Virus record (IMG/VR): IMGVR_UViG_3300020037_002731
Coordinates: 1-64,000 of that record
Source: a virus
Taxonomy: Duplodnaviria > Caudoviricetes
DNA length: 64,000 nt
Direction: 5' to 3' (one strand)
Below the pieces are notes generated by a model. The model had not been told where the DNA came from. It did no database searches and saw nothing but the letters and a program-made list of their open reading frames with translations. A program made the position numbers and the translations under genes. Below are positions 1 through 9,317 of the stretch, in pieces. Numbering within the stretch: the first letter of the stretch is position 1; each line of letters opens with the position of its first letter.

Positions 1-102
1 TTCAAGAGTATAATCTCTTACTTCAGTACCATATTTTTTAAAAACTTCAATCATTAGTCTATATGCTACTTCATCATCAACTAATACTTTAAAATAAGGA
101 AA
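1..102 (-). CDS. Minus-strand coding fragment running off the window start (FPYFKVLVDDEVAYRLMIEVFKKYGTEVRDYTLE...)
   Basis: Frame open from 102 to 1, bounded upstream by TAA at 103-105. Codon usage is phage-like. The only in-frame ATG is at 54. Confidence 0.45.
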
Positions 103-566
103 TTAAAAGTGGTCAAAAGTTTAAAGCAGTAATAAATGATACTGATGTTGAAGGTAAAATAAGTATTGAAGATGATGTACTTTATTTATGCCAAGATAGT
201 GAAGATGGAGAAGGTTGTGAGAATAAACATGGATATAGATATTCTTGGCAACATGGTGAACAAGTTAGTTCTTTTCAAGTATTTGATACAAAATTGAAGA
301 AATGGGTACTAATTGAACAAATTGAGCTAAGTTCTGAATTTAGTATGTTTAATCATAGAACTACTATTTTTGGTAATATTGTTAAATTTGGTTGTGGAGA
401 TGTTAGTTTTACAAAAGAAGAAGTTCTTAATTACATTGAAATTCACAAGTTAGCTAAAAAGAATCCAGGATATTTAAAAGTACTTGAAGCATTAATAGAT
501 CAACAAAAGGAAATGGATGATACTAGTTTTAATACTTTTCAAAAGATTGCAAAGAAAATGAAATGA
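93..566 (+). CDS. Hypothetical phage protein, apparently 5'-truncated (ORF track shows only 294..566)
   Basis: Frame is open from 93 (after TAA 90-92) and reads as protein (KSGQKFKAVINDTDVEGKISIEDDVLYLCQDSEDGEGCENKHGYRYSW) well before the TTG at 294. No ATG in this stretch. Confidence 0.6.
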   Translation, partial: NKEIKSGQKFKAVINDTDVEGKISIEDDVLYLCQDSEDGEGCENKHGYRYSWQHGEQVSSFQVFDTKLKKWVLIEQIELSSEFSMFNHRTTIFGNIVKFGCGDVSFTKEEVLNYIEIHKLAKKNPGYLKVLEALIDQQKEMDDTSFNTFQKIAKKMK

Positions 567-2461
567 TTTATTTTTGTGGAGAAAAAAGACTTATTTCTTC
601 TGAAATATGGAAGGAATGTGAGATTAAGGATATACTAGAATACTTTAAAGATAAAACAGAGATTCAAATAGATTGTGAAACAGAAGGATTTTTTGACTTT
701 AAAAACAAAATATTACTACTACAGTTAGGAGATACTGAAAATCAGTTTGTAATTGATGTAAAGTGTTCTAACTGTAGTAGTTTAAAAGATTTAATAACTA
801 ATCCTAAGTACTTAAAATTAGGTCAAAATATAAAATTTGATTACAAGTTTATTAAATTTCAGTTTGGTTGGGAAATTAATAATATTTATGATACCTTTTT
901 AGCTGAATGTTTGATTACTAATGGTTTAGAAAATAGGCAGTTAGGATTAAAAGCTATAGCTCAAAAATATTGTAATGTAGAATTAAACAAAGAAGTTAGA
1001 GGCAAGATTAATAAAGTAGATTATGCAACTGATGAAATTATTAAGTACAGTGCTGAAGATGTTGCTTATTTACAATTAATTAGAGATAAACAAAGTATTG
1101 AAATTAGTAAATGGGAAGGTCTTAATAATGTACTACAAGTAGAAAATGATGTAACTTCAGTACTTGGAGATATAGAATATGAAGGATTACTATTAGATAG
1201 GTCTAAATGGCTAGAATTAGCTAAAAAAGCTGAAAATTTAACTAGCACTTATGAAAAAGATTTAGACTTAGAAGCTAAGAATTATCCTAAACTGAAAAAG
1301 TATTATTCTCAATATCAAGGAGATTTATTTGGAGATGAATTTGCTAAAACTACTAGTATTAAATGGAGTTCTCCTACTCAAATACAGAAAGTATTTCAAG
1401 CTTTAGGATTACTTATAGAAAGTAGTAGTGAGAAAGAAATAAGTAAATACCAAAATCAATACCCAATAGTTAAAAAATTCATAGATTATAAAAAACAACA
1501 GAAATTAGCTAGTACTTATGGTGAAGAATTTCTAAAACATATTAATTCTCAAACTAAAAGGGTACATACAGAATTTTGGCAAATACTTGATACTAATAGA
1601 TTAAGTTCAAATAATCCTAATGTTCAACAGATACCTAGTAAACCAGAGTATTTGGCTTGCTTTGTTACTCCAGAAGGGTATAAATTAGTAGGAAGTGATT
1701 TTGCAGCCCAGGAATTAAGACTTATAACTGAAGGAAGTAAAGAACAGGTATGGATTAATACTTTTAATTCTGGAGGAGATTTACATACTGAAATGGCTCT
1801 TAGAGTATTTGATAATTTAAAGAAAGAAGATGCTAAGAAAGATGTTGAAGAAGCATATGTATCAGGAACTAAAGTTTATTTAAGAGGAGCTAATCCTAGG
1901 TATATTGCAAAAACTTTAAATTTTATGCTAGCTTATGGAGGGAGTGAGTATAAACTTGCTAATGTACTAGGTATAGATGTAGAAAGTGCTAAGAAAATTA
2001 AAGATAAGTACTTTGCAGGAGTTCCTGATTTAAATAGATTTTTAATAGCTTGTGGAGAGTATGGAAAGAGAAATGGATATATTAGATCTTTTAAACCTTA
2101 CAGTAGTATTAGATTTTTTGATAATTTTAATTCATTAAAAGGATTATCAGATAAAGAAAAATATAAAATACTAGGAAGTATTGAAAGGGCTTCTAAAAAT
2201 ACTCCTATACAAGCCACTGGGGCAATAATGTGTAAAATAGCATTAGTTAATATTAAAAAATATATTAAAGAAAATAATTTACAAAATATTGTTAAACCTT
2301 GTTTACAAATACATGATGCTATTTATTGTTATGTAAAGAATGAATTTGCTGAACAATGGGGAAAAATACAAGAGGATATTATGATTAAAGCTGGAGAAAT
2401 ATTTATTAAAAGTATTCCAGTTAAATCAGATACTAAGATAATGGATTATTGGGTTAAATAA
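563..2461 (+). CDS. polA: Family A DNA polymerase with 3'-5' exonuclease domain
   Basis: Exo I DCETEG, Exo II QNIKFD, Exo III YSAED; RLSSNNPNVQQIP; motif A DFAAQELR; motif B AKTLNFMLAYGG; motif C QIHDA. Confidence 0.95.
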   Translation: MIYFCGEKRLISSEIWKECEIKDILEYFKDKTEIQIDCETEGFFDFKNKILLLQLGDTENQFVIDVKCSNCSSLKDLITNPKYLKLGQNIKFDYKFIKFQFGWEINNIYDTFLAECLITNGLENRQLGLKAIAQKYCNVELNKEVRGKINKVDYATDEIIKYSAEDVAYLQLIRDKQSIEISKWEGLNNVLQVENDVTSVLGDIEYEGLLLDRSKWLELAKKAENLTSTYEKDLDLEAKNYPKLKKYYSQYQGDLFGDEFAKTTSIKWSSPTQIQKVFQALGLLIESSSEKEISKYQNQYPIVKKFIDYKKQQKLASTYGEEFLKHINSQTKRVHTEFWQILDTNRLSSNNPNVQQIPSKPEYLACFVTPEGYKLVGSDFAAQELRLITEGSKEQVWINTFNSGGDLHTEMALRVFDNLKKEDAKKDVEEAYVSGTKVYLRGANPRYIAKTLNFMLAYGGSEYKLANVLGIDVESAKKIKDKYFAGVPDLNRFLIACGEYGKRNGYIRSFKPYSSIRFFDNFNSLKGLSDKEKYKILGSIERASKNTPIQATGAIMCKIALVNIKKYIKENNLQNIVKPCLQIHDAIYCYVKNEFAEQWGKIQEDIMIKAGEIFIKSIPVKSDTKIMDYWVK

Positions 2462-2467
2462 AATAAT

Positions 2468-2785
2468 ATGAAAAGTATAAAAGAAATAATTGAAGAATTA
2501 AATAGTCTAAAGATAATTCAAAAATCAATGGATTTTACAGAAGACTTAGATCAGGATATTTTAGATAAATATTTTACTAATTGTGTAAAAGAACTATTAG
2601 ATGTAGATAAACATAGATGGTATGAAACTTCAATACAAGTTTATGCACTTCCAGATGGATTCTTAGGAGTTAGATGTGTAACAGATACACAAGGAGAAAG
2701 TGTTGAAGTACCAGATATATTTTGGACTTTAGAGTTCTTTGAAATGAGGCAAATAGAGACAGTTTCTTATATAATTAAAAAATAA
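2468..2785 (+). CDS. Hypothetical protein (resembles ORFs 4813 and 5099)
   Basis: 105 aa; beta-rich C-terminal half ending in an E/V...TV/IY motif. Confidence 0.7.
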   Translation: MKSIKEIIEELNSLKIIQKSMDFTEDLDQDILDKYFTNCVKELLDVDKHRWYETSIQVYALPDGFLGVRCVTDTQGESVEVPDIFWTLEFFEMRQIETVSYIIKK

Positions 2786-2788
2786 CTA

Positions 2789-3049
2789 ATGCTAACAGAA
2801 AAAGAAATTAAACAAATACTTAAAAAGAAAGTAACAGAAGTTTCTGATATTGTACAATTACTAGTATGCTACATACATGAAAGAAAAGGTATTGAAGTTA
2901 ATTTAGATCCTTTCTTTGAAGAAATGAATGATGCTTACACTATGTTTGGTCTTGAGAAGTATTATTTAGCTTTAGCTAATCATGTATTAAATTTCTATAC
3001 TGTTAAGTATAATCTTAAGGAGTATTTATTGTTTCATCCTAAAAATTAA
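2789..3049 (+). CDS. Hypothetical protein
   Basis: 86-aa ORF packed in the operon. Confidence 0.7.
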   Translation: MLTEKEIKQILKKKVTEVSDIVQLLVCYIHERKGIEVNLDPFFEEMNDAYTMFGLEKYYLALANHVLNFYTVKYNLKEYLLFHPKN

Positions 3050-3053
3050 AATT

Positions 3054-3419
3054 ATGAACGAGAATTTAAAAGCATTGTTAGTAGTTATTTTATTTTTTAT
3101 GTTGTTCTTTGGAGGTTGTTATGCCATAAGTAAAATTAGAAGTAATTGTTGGGAAGAGCCTATTAATAAACCTATATTTAATAAACACTATTATACAATT
3201 GAAGTATTAAGTTCTTCGGGGAGTTTAATAGGGTATAGACAAGCTGATTATTATTATGAAACATCTAATATCCTAACTGGAACTTCTTATTATCATTTTA
3301 GAGTTTATTCTGATGTTGACTATGTTTGGAATACAGATAACTGTAAATGGCATACGTACCCTACAATACAAGATCAATTTAAATACGCCACAATTAATTG
3401 TAAAATCATTAAAAATTAA
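3054..3419 (+). CDS. Hypothetical membrane-anchored protein
   Basis: N-terminal hydrophobic helix ALLVVILFFMLFFGGCYAI. Holds 4 CpG, unusual for this genome. Confidence 0.7.
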   Translation: MNENLKALLVVILFFMLFFGGCYAISKIRSNCWEEPINKPIFNKHYYTIEVLSSSGSLIGYRQADYYYETSNILTGTSYYHFRVYSDVDYVWNTDNCKWHTYPTIQDQFKYATINCKIIKN

Positions 3420-3425
3420 AATAAA

Positions 3426-3758
3426 ATGAGAGTTCAAAATAAAGATAATGTATGGTATGTTCATTGGAAGTATAATTTCAAGAAGAAACCAAGATTAATT
3501 AGTAAAACATCACAAATAGTACATGATTTAATTCCAATCAGTACTGAATGTTTTATTAGAAATAAAGATAAAGAGATAGTAAGTACTGGATTATCAAGAG
3601 TTTATAAAATTGATAGAAATAGATACTCTAAAGCTGAAGGAAGACAAAGAAGTTTTAACAAAGCAGTAAAAATATTTGAAAATTCAAATAATTATGAGTA
3701 TTTTTGCAGTACTTTTGAGAGTAATATTAAAATTAAAGTTAAACTAGAAGATAAATAA
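3426..3758 (+). CDS. Conserved hypothetical phage protein
   Basis: STECFI...STGLS...D...SKAEGRQRSF pattern recalled from a common small phage family. Confidence 0.6.
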   Translation: MRVQNKDNVWYVHWKYNFKKKPRLISKTSQIVHDLIPISTECFIRNKDKEIVSTGLSRVYKIDRNRYSKAEGRQRSFNKAVKIFENSNNYEYFCSTFESNIKIKVKLEDK

Positions 3759-3760
3759 TT

Positions 3761-4090
3761 GTGGAAAAAGAAATATTCAATACTGGTGCTGAAAGAGAAT
3801 CAAAAAAGAATAAACCAAGACCAGATCTAATCTCTCCTTATTTTATGGAGAGGTTAGGTTTTGTCTTAGCTAAAGGAGCTATTGAACATGATGAAAGAAA
3901 TTGGGAAAAAGGATTACCTGATGAAAGTGCTGAAGGTTCTTTATACAGGCATTGGCTAGGTTACCAAATGAGTAAAAGTAAAGGTTGCTCAAGTACTATA
4001 GGTAAAAGTACAGATGATCATCTTGGGCAACTTGCATTTAACCTGATGGTTTTAATACATAATGAAGAAATTAGAAAACTAAACCTTTAA
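3761..4090 (+). CDS. dATP/dGTP diphosphohydrolase-like protein (DUF5664-type)
   Basis: TGAERE...KPRPDLI...LAKGA..H..RNWEKG...SLYRH...DHLGQLAFN matches the family pattern. Confidence 0.8.
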   Translation: MEKEIFNTGAERESKKNKPRPDLISPYFMERLGFVLAKGAIEHDERNWEKGLPDESAEGSLYRHWLGYQMSKSKGCSSTIGKSTDDHLGQLAFNLMVLIHNEEIRKLNL

Positions 4091-4091
4091 T

Positions 4092-4838
4092 ATGGTAATT
4101 ATAGGGAGTACAGCAATAAAATTTTATTTTCCAGACTTTCCCAGAGAGCCTAGAGATGTTGATTATTTAGTCAGTGATAAGAATATGTGGGACAATATCC
4201 AGGGAAAAGAAGAATATCATGAAAATGATGTTTTATGGAACTATTTTATTCAAAAGAATATCTTTCCTAAGTACTTGTATCCAGATTTATTATTAACTTT
4301 AAAAATGTCTCATTTATTCTGGGATATTAACTGGGAAAAGCATAACTTTGATGTACAATTTTTATTAAAAAAAGGCTGTACTTTAAATGTTCCTTTATTT
4401 TATGAACTGTATAAGTATTGGAATGAGTATCATGGTAAAAATAAGAGAAGTGATTTAAAAATGAGTTCTTTAGACTTCTTTAATAATGCTCTTAAATCTC
4501 CTTATGATCATGACCATTTACATACTTTAATTAAAGATCCTCCTACTTATTCTAAAGTATTAATAGGAGAAGTTGAAGTTTCAGAAGATAAATTTAATAC
4601 ATTATCCTTTGAAGAAAAATGTGATTTAGTTCAAGAAGAAGTATATATTATGGCATGGGAAAGAATGCCTAAATTGGATTATAGAGTAGCTTATGGAAGA
4701 ATGTTAAGAAAGTTTATAATATCTCATGCTCCTTTATGGGAAGCAAGATTTATAATTCAAAATTTTAAAGATTTATATAAACCAAAAATTAATTATCAAA
4801 AAATATTAGAAAATGGAAATAAAAAGTATAGAAATTGA
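4092..4838 (+). CDS. Putative phage nucleotidyltransferase (Pol-beta-like N-terminus)
   Basis: IIGSTA...REPRDVD gives the hG[GS] plus DxD signature. C-terminal YDHDHLH and EEVY..A.ER motifs. Confidence 0.6.
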   Translation: MVIIGSTAIKFYFPDFPREPRDVDYLVSDKNMWDNIQGKEEYHENDVLWNYFIQKNIFPKYLYPDLLLTLKMSHLFWDINWEKHNFDVQFLLKKGCTLNVPLFYELYKYWNEYHGKNKRSDLKMSSLDFFNNALKSPYDHDHLHTLIKDPPTYSKVLIGEVEVSEDKFNTLSFEEKCDLVQEEVYIMAWERMPKLDYRVAYGRMLRKFIISHAPLWEARFIIQNFKDLYKPKINYQKILENGNKKYRN

Positions 4839-5106
4839 ACTACTTAATAAAATCTTAGGTAGTATTAATAGAAGTAATAAAGAGTTGGTATTTGTAGAGA
4901 AAATACTAGGGTATCAAGGAATTCCTACTAATTTTGAAGGGATACAAGGAGAGTATAATGAATATCATGAGATTTATAGTATTAAATCTCTCCCAGAGTT
5001 ATTTATAAAAGTAACTTATAATACTGATTCTTATGGAGATTCAGAAAGAATTACAGGTACTAAATTTGTTAAAAAAGTTAAAAAAGAGGTAAATATTTAT
5101 GACTAA
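4813..5106 (+). CDS. Hypothetical protein, paralog of 5099..5557
   Basis: EGIQGE...FIKVTYNTDSYG...FVKKVKKEVNIYD. Confidence 0.7.
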   Translation: MEIKSIEIELLNKILGSINRSNKELVFVEKILGYQGIPTNFEGIQGEYNEYHEIYSIKSLPELFIKVTYNTDSYGDSERITGTKFVKKVKKEVNIYD

Positions 5107-5557
5107 ATTAAATTATCAAGAAATTCTTGAAAAATTAAAGGTAATATTTAATAGTGTGAATGAATTTGCACTAGAAGAACAGCCTTATGATTTTAAAAAT
5201 TACCCAGAAGCTTTAGAAGCTAAAAAAGTAAGAAAAGAATTTGTAGAACTTCATACTATTGATCATAAATGGGATTCTACTGAAAGTGCTGTAGAATATG
5301 AAAAGCTTCCCAATGAATATAGTATTCTTAAAAAATTGTGGAAGCAAAAACATGAATTAAATTGGGAAGAAGTTGAACAATATGGAGGAGAAGGTCAAGG
5401 GGATACTTGGTATAGTATTAAGTATTTTCCTGATCATGATATTTATATTAAAGTATCAGGCTGGTATCAAAGTTATGATGGAGTAAATTTTAATAGTTGG
5501 AATAGAGATTGTTGTGAGGTAAAACCAAGTCAAAAGACTATTACAGTGTATGAATAA
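5099..5557 (+). CDS. Hypothetical protein with YGGEGQG motif
   Basis: EQYGGEGQGDTWYSI...YIKVSGWYQSYDG...EVKPSQKTITVYE. Confidence 0.75.
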   Translation: MTKLNYQEILEKLKVIFNSVNEFALEEQPYDFKNYPEALEAKKVRKEFVELHTIDHKWDSTESAVEYEKLPNEYSILKKLWKQKHELNWEEVEQYGGEGQGDTWYSIKYFPDHDIYIKVSGWYQSYDGVNFNSWNRDCCEVKPSQKTITVYE

Positions 5558-5586
5558 TTTGTAGTTCACTTTTTAAATAAATACTT

Positions 5587-5880
5587 ATGGATTTTAATTT
5601 TCTTAAACCAGGAAAAATTATTACATTTAATAAAGTAAGTACTAGTATTAAGCCTTATATTTTAGAAAATAAGTTAATTAAAAGGATGGATAGAATTTTA
5701 AATTTAAATTCAAGTAATAATTTTATGGTATCTCAAAGAGAACTAAAACAAGCTATTAAGAATAGAATACTAGATTTGACTTATGAACAATTAGCTGAAT
5801 TAAATACTTTAGAAGATTCAGTAGTTTATGAGTTTGTAGTTAATAAAGCTCCAAGTAAATATTTAAATTATATAAAATGA
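5587..5880 (+). CDS. Hypothetical protein
   Basis: 97-aa ORF with ATGA overlap to the next gene. Confidence 0.65.
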   Translation: MDFNFLKPGKIITFNKVSTSIKPYILENKLIKRMDRILNLNSSNNFMVSQRELKQAIKNRILDLTYEQLAELNTLEDSVVYEFVVNKAPSKYLNYIK

Positions 5881-6125
5881 ATAAAGTAGATGTAGTAGTA
5901 ATGATTAATGAAGGAGAAGCAGCTATAATTAGCAATCCAAATAACCTTAAAATTAGTATTATGAATTACGATAGTATAAATGAAAAAGAAGTATTACCAA
6001 TATTTGATGAGTTTATTGAAGATATTAATGTGTATGACTTTTATAATCAAGATCTAGGAGATGTATCAGATAATTATCATATTGATAAAGCTGGAATACC
6101 TTATAAAGAACAAGGAAATATATGA
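5877..6125 (+). CDS. Hypothetical acidic protein
   Basis: 82-aa ORF in an overlapping-gene chain. Confidence 0.65.
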   Translation: MNKVDVVVMINEGEAAIISNPNNLKISIMNYDSINEKEVLPIFDEFIEDINVYDFYNQDLGDVSDNYHIDKAGIPYKEQGNI

Positions 6126-6349
6126 GTAAAAAGAAAAAAGAAGGTAATAGAATTATTATAGATTTTGCTAACAATCATCAAGCTGAAGTATTTTTTAATT
6201 GGTTTAAAGAAAGTGGGTTTGATGATTTAATGCAAAATGATCATGTACATGATGATTTATCAAGTGAAGAATTTTATAATTGTATATCAGCAGATGAGTT
6301 ACCAGGAAGTATGAGTGATGAAGAAGCTTATTGGATAAAAATAGAATAA
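6122..6349 (+). CDS. Hypothetical acidic protein
   Basis: 75-aa ORF in an overlapping-gene chain. Confidence 0.65.
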   Translation: MSKKKKEGNRIIIDFANNHQAEVFFNWFKESGFDDLMQNDHVHDDLSSEEFYNCISADELPGSMSDEEAYWIKIE

Positions 6350-6350
6350 T

Positions 6351-6551
6351 ATGAATAAAAAATATAGATTTTTCTTTCATTATAATAAGGTGAATAGTAA
6401 TATTACATTTCATTATAGAGGAAAATGTTATTTTATTAATGACTTAAGGATAAATACTCCTTTAGAAAGTAAATTTAATAAAATTCAACCTAAATTTGTA
6501 ATGCAAGGATTTTGTACAGAAAAAGAATTTAAAGAATGGAAGATAAATTAA
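6351..6551 (+). CDS. Conserved hypothetical phage protein (FFFHYNK...HYRGKC...QPKFVMQG)
   Basis: Motif pattern recalled from a small phage protein family. Confidence 0.65.
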   Translation: MNKKYRFFFHYNKVNSNITFHYRGKCYFINDLRINTPLESKFNKIQPKFVMQGFCTEKEFKEWKIN

Positions 6552-6751
6552 GAAGAGTCTATACTGGTGTGCTTAATAATCACATGACTGGTATGGAAAA
6601 GAATGAATTAAAAGGTTATATTAAAGGAGATCAAAACTTTAGTTATGGATTTCATACTAATGGTCAAAGGATGTATTTTCCTGTACGAAGTAAATGGATG
6701 AATAATGAAGAATACAAAGAATATGTAAATGGATTACAAAAAAGAGCTTGA
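6536..6751 (+). CDS. Hypothetical protein
   Basis: 71-aa ORF. Confidence 0.6.
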   Translation: MEDKLRRVYTGVLNNHMTGMEKNELKGYIKGDQNFSYGFHTNGQRMYFPVRSKWMNNEEYKEYVNGLQKRA

Positions 6752-7073
6752 TCTTTTACTTGAGTACATGAATATGTACATTCAATTATTATGTTATTGT
6801 ACTAAATATGGAGGATTAAGAATACTTGAAACATCTTCTTTACCTACTTTTGAATACTTTAAAGAAGTATACTATGATGAAGCATATTCTTTATCAAAAC
6901 CTCATTATAGAGATTTAAAGTACCTATCAGATGGAAAATTGGTAGATGATTATTGTAAAGGAATAGGTGAAAATTGGGGAGAAGAGGTTAGATACTATAA
7001 TGATTGGATGGGATGTAAGTTTTTTATAGAAGATGTTAATGGAAAATTTAAAAAAGTAAATAAAGAATTATGA
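6729..7073 (+). CDS. Hypothetical protein
   Basis: 114-aa ORF. Confidence 0.65.
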   Translation: MDYKKELDLLLEYMNMYIQLLCYCTKYGGLRILETSSLPTFEYFKEVYYDEAYSLSKPHYRDLKYLSDGKLVDDYCKGIGENWGEEVRYYNDWMGCKFFIEDVNGKFKKVNKEL

Positions 7074-7294
7074 ATATAAAATTAGATAAAAAAGAGTACC
7101 AAATTAACAAGAGTTATATTGGTGAAGTAGAAGTAAGAGGAAAAGCTTTTCCTTATACATTAGAAGTTATTGATGTATTAGGATCAGAAGAAAGTCAAGA
7201 TTATTATATTAATTGGCAACATTTTCCAGATAATTTAGATGAACTGGAAAAAGGAATTATTGAATTATACAAAGAACAAGAAACTATTGCTTAA
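7070..7294 (+). CDS. Hypothetical protein
   Basis: 74-aa ORF. Confidence 0.65.
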   Translation: MNIKLDKKEYQINKSYIGEVEVRGKAFPYTLEVIDVLGSEESQDYYINWQHFPDNLDELEKGIIELYKEQETIA

Positions 7295-7300
7295 ATTTAA

Positions 7301-7759
7301 TTGAAAATGAATAAAAAAGTTCAAATAGGAGTAGTAGGAGTTGATTCTGGACAACTTATAATTTGTGATCCATGTTATATAGATGATAGTTGGAAAGAAG
7401 AAGAATTTGTAGATTACAGAAGGTATAGAAATATAAATACTAAAGATGAACTACAATACTTAAAACACTTTAGACATTATGAAGAAGTAATTCCAAACTA
7501 TAATAAAACTATGAATCAATTATTAGATACTAAAGAATGGGAGGAATTACCTAGACCTAAACCTAATAATGAATTTAGCTATAATGGAGTTTGTGGTAAA
7601 ACTCTAAGTAAAGAAGGATATGGACAAATACATTACAATTTTGGAAATCCAGGATTAGCTGTAGCTTTTAGTTCAGGTTATGGAGATGGAGAGTACCCAG
7701 TATTTGCAGAAATTAATAAAGATAATAGAATAGTAAAAATAACAATTGAATTTGATTAA
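7301..7759 (+). CDS. DUF4241-like protein
   Basis: GVVGVDSGQLIICDP and FSSGYGDGEYPV motifs. Confidence 0.7.
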   Translation: MKMNKKVQIGVVGVDSGQLIICDPCYIDDSWKEEEFVDYRRYRNINTKDELQYLKHFRHYEEVIPNYNKTMNQLLDTKEWEELPRPKPNNEFSYNGVCGKTLSKEGYGQIHYNFGNPGLAVAFSSGYGDGEYPVFAEINKDNRIVKITIEFD

Positions 7760-8483
7760 AATGGAAATAGAAGTAACAATTGAGAAAAATAGAGAGTTAT
7801 TAATTAATTCTGATAGGTATGGAAGAATTTATAATGGAGCTAGTCAATACATGGTAGAGCCAATTAGAATTTTAGAAAGCTTTAATCAACCTCTTAGTAT
7901 GATTAAGCTTGGTAGCCCAACACTTATTGAAAAAGAAGAAGAAGAAGCTAAAGCATACAGTAGCTATATCATTGAATCAAAAATGATGGAAGATGAGATT
8001 ATTGAAGGATTCTTTGGAACTATTGGTGTTTTAGTACAATGTGGAAGTAATAAGATTAGTATATATTCTGGAGCTAATGCCAGCGCATGTTTAAATCTTA
8101 ATATTTTTGGGGCAGGCTTTATTCAAGTACAAGATTTAAATAAAAGTGCTAATACTTTAAGAGATACTTTACTTGAAGCTGAAAAGAGTATGACAGATAA
8201 ACTTAATTATATTAAGTTAATGAAACAAAGATTAGAAGCTCAAATGTTTGTAAATGAAAAAGCTTTTAATGATTACAAAGGAGATGTCTTGAGTAGACTT
8301 CCTTTAGGATTATTTGGATACATGGAACATGGTGAAGGTAAATTAAGAGATGCTAATAGTATGTATCATGATATGCCTGATAGTGCTTGGAAATTACTAT
8401 CTTGTATGAATGATAAAATTAAACATGAAAGTCCTACTAAGAGGCTACAAAGTACTCTTGCACTTGAAAAAATGTTTGTATGA
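7746..8483 (+). CDS. Conserved crAss-like protein, possibly DUF932-related
   Basis: IYSGANASACLNLNIFG resembles the AC.NL..F motif recalled from crAss replication-module proteins. Confidence 0.45.
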   Translation: MNLIKMEIEVTIEKNRELLINSDRYGRIYNGASQYMVEPIRILESFNQPLSMIKLGSPTLIEKEEEEAKAYSSYIIESKMMEDEIIEGFFGTIGVLVQCGSNKISIYSGANASACLNLNIFGAGFIQVQDLNKSANTLRDTLLEAEKSMTDKLNYIKLMKQRLEAQMFVNEKAFNDYKGDVLSRLPLGLFGYMEHGEGKLRDANSMYHDMPDSAWKLLSCMNDKIKHESPTKRLQSTLALEKMFV

Positions 8484-8899
8484 AAATACATTATTTAGAT
8501 TGTAATGGAAAAGCTAAGTTATTTAGTTTCCATAGGCATGATTATAAAGCATTAGATTTAGATGGTAAACACTATATGATAGATGGTGGTGGAGATTATA
8601 TTAGATGTAGTACTGATGGTAAAGTTGAAGAAGCTGAAGTTAAGAATTTAATTTCAGATATTAGAGAAGTATTTACATGGATTCAAAATTATGATGAGAA
8701 TAACAATAGAATTGATTCTAAAACAGCATTACTTAAAGATTTAACAAGTTCTCATATATGTGGTATTTTATCTTATTTTACTGAAAGATTAACTAAACAA
8801 GAAAAAGATACTATAGTTGCTCCTACAAAAGAATGGTGTGTTATTCATGATATTTTTATACAGGAATTAGACTACAGAATTAAAAATCAATTAATATGA
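8480..8899 (+). CDS. Hypothetical protein with SFHRHDY...IDGGGDYIR motif
   Basis: Resembles the phage S.HRHDF...DGG.DY.R family but lacks its usual zinc-binding cysteines. Confidence 0.6.
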   Translation: MKIHYLDCNGKAKLFSFHRHDYKALDLDGKHYMIDGGGDYIRCSTDGKVEEAEVKNLISDIREVFTWIQNYDENNNRIDSKTALLKDLTSSHICGILSYFTERLTKQEKDTIVAPTKEWCVIHDIFIQELDYRIKNQLI

Positions 8900-9081
8900 A
8901 TAAAGATATGTACTTAGTTTGCTGGTGTACTGAAGAAGAAGATCATTATGATGTATTCATAGACAGTACTTCAGAAGAAAATTTAGCTAATGCTGAAAGA
9001 AGATATAATGAACTACTTGAAACTGAAATAGATCTTTATTCAGCTAATATATGTAAAGTAGTAAAATCAACAGATTATTAA
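8896..9081 (+). CDS. Hypothetical protein
   Basis: 61-aa ORF with ATGA overlap. Confidence 0.6.
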   Translation: MNKDMYLVCWCTEEEDHYDVFIDSTSEENLANAERRYNELLETEIDLYSANICKVVKSTDY

Positions 9082-9094
9082 ATGTAGAATATAA

Positions 9095-9313
9095 ATGTTA
9101 TATCAAGAAGAAGGTTATGCTAACTTAGAGGATTATCTAACAAATAGTCCTCTAAGTATTAATGCTAAGAAGGATGTGGATAAATTATATCCAATTAATC
9201 AATATGAGAATTACACTCATTTGCATCCTCCTTTAGATTATGATAGTGATATGAAGAAAACTTATCATTATCTTTTTAAATATTGGTGGGTTAATAAACA
9301 ATTAGAAGAATAA
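9095..9313 (+). CDS. Hypothetical protein
   Basis: 72-aa ORF. Confidence 0.55.
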   Translation: MLYQEEGYANLEDYLTNSPLSINAKKDVDKLYPINQYENYTHLHPPLDYDSDMKKTYHYLFKYWWVNKQLEE

Positions 9314-9317
9314 AATT

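Noticed and set aside
1066-6413. Minus-strand ORFs 1066..1248, 3273..3464 and 6204..6413
   Set aside because: Shadows of plus-strand genes.
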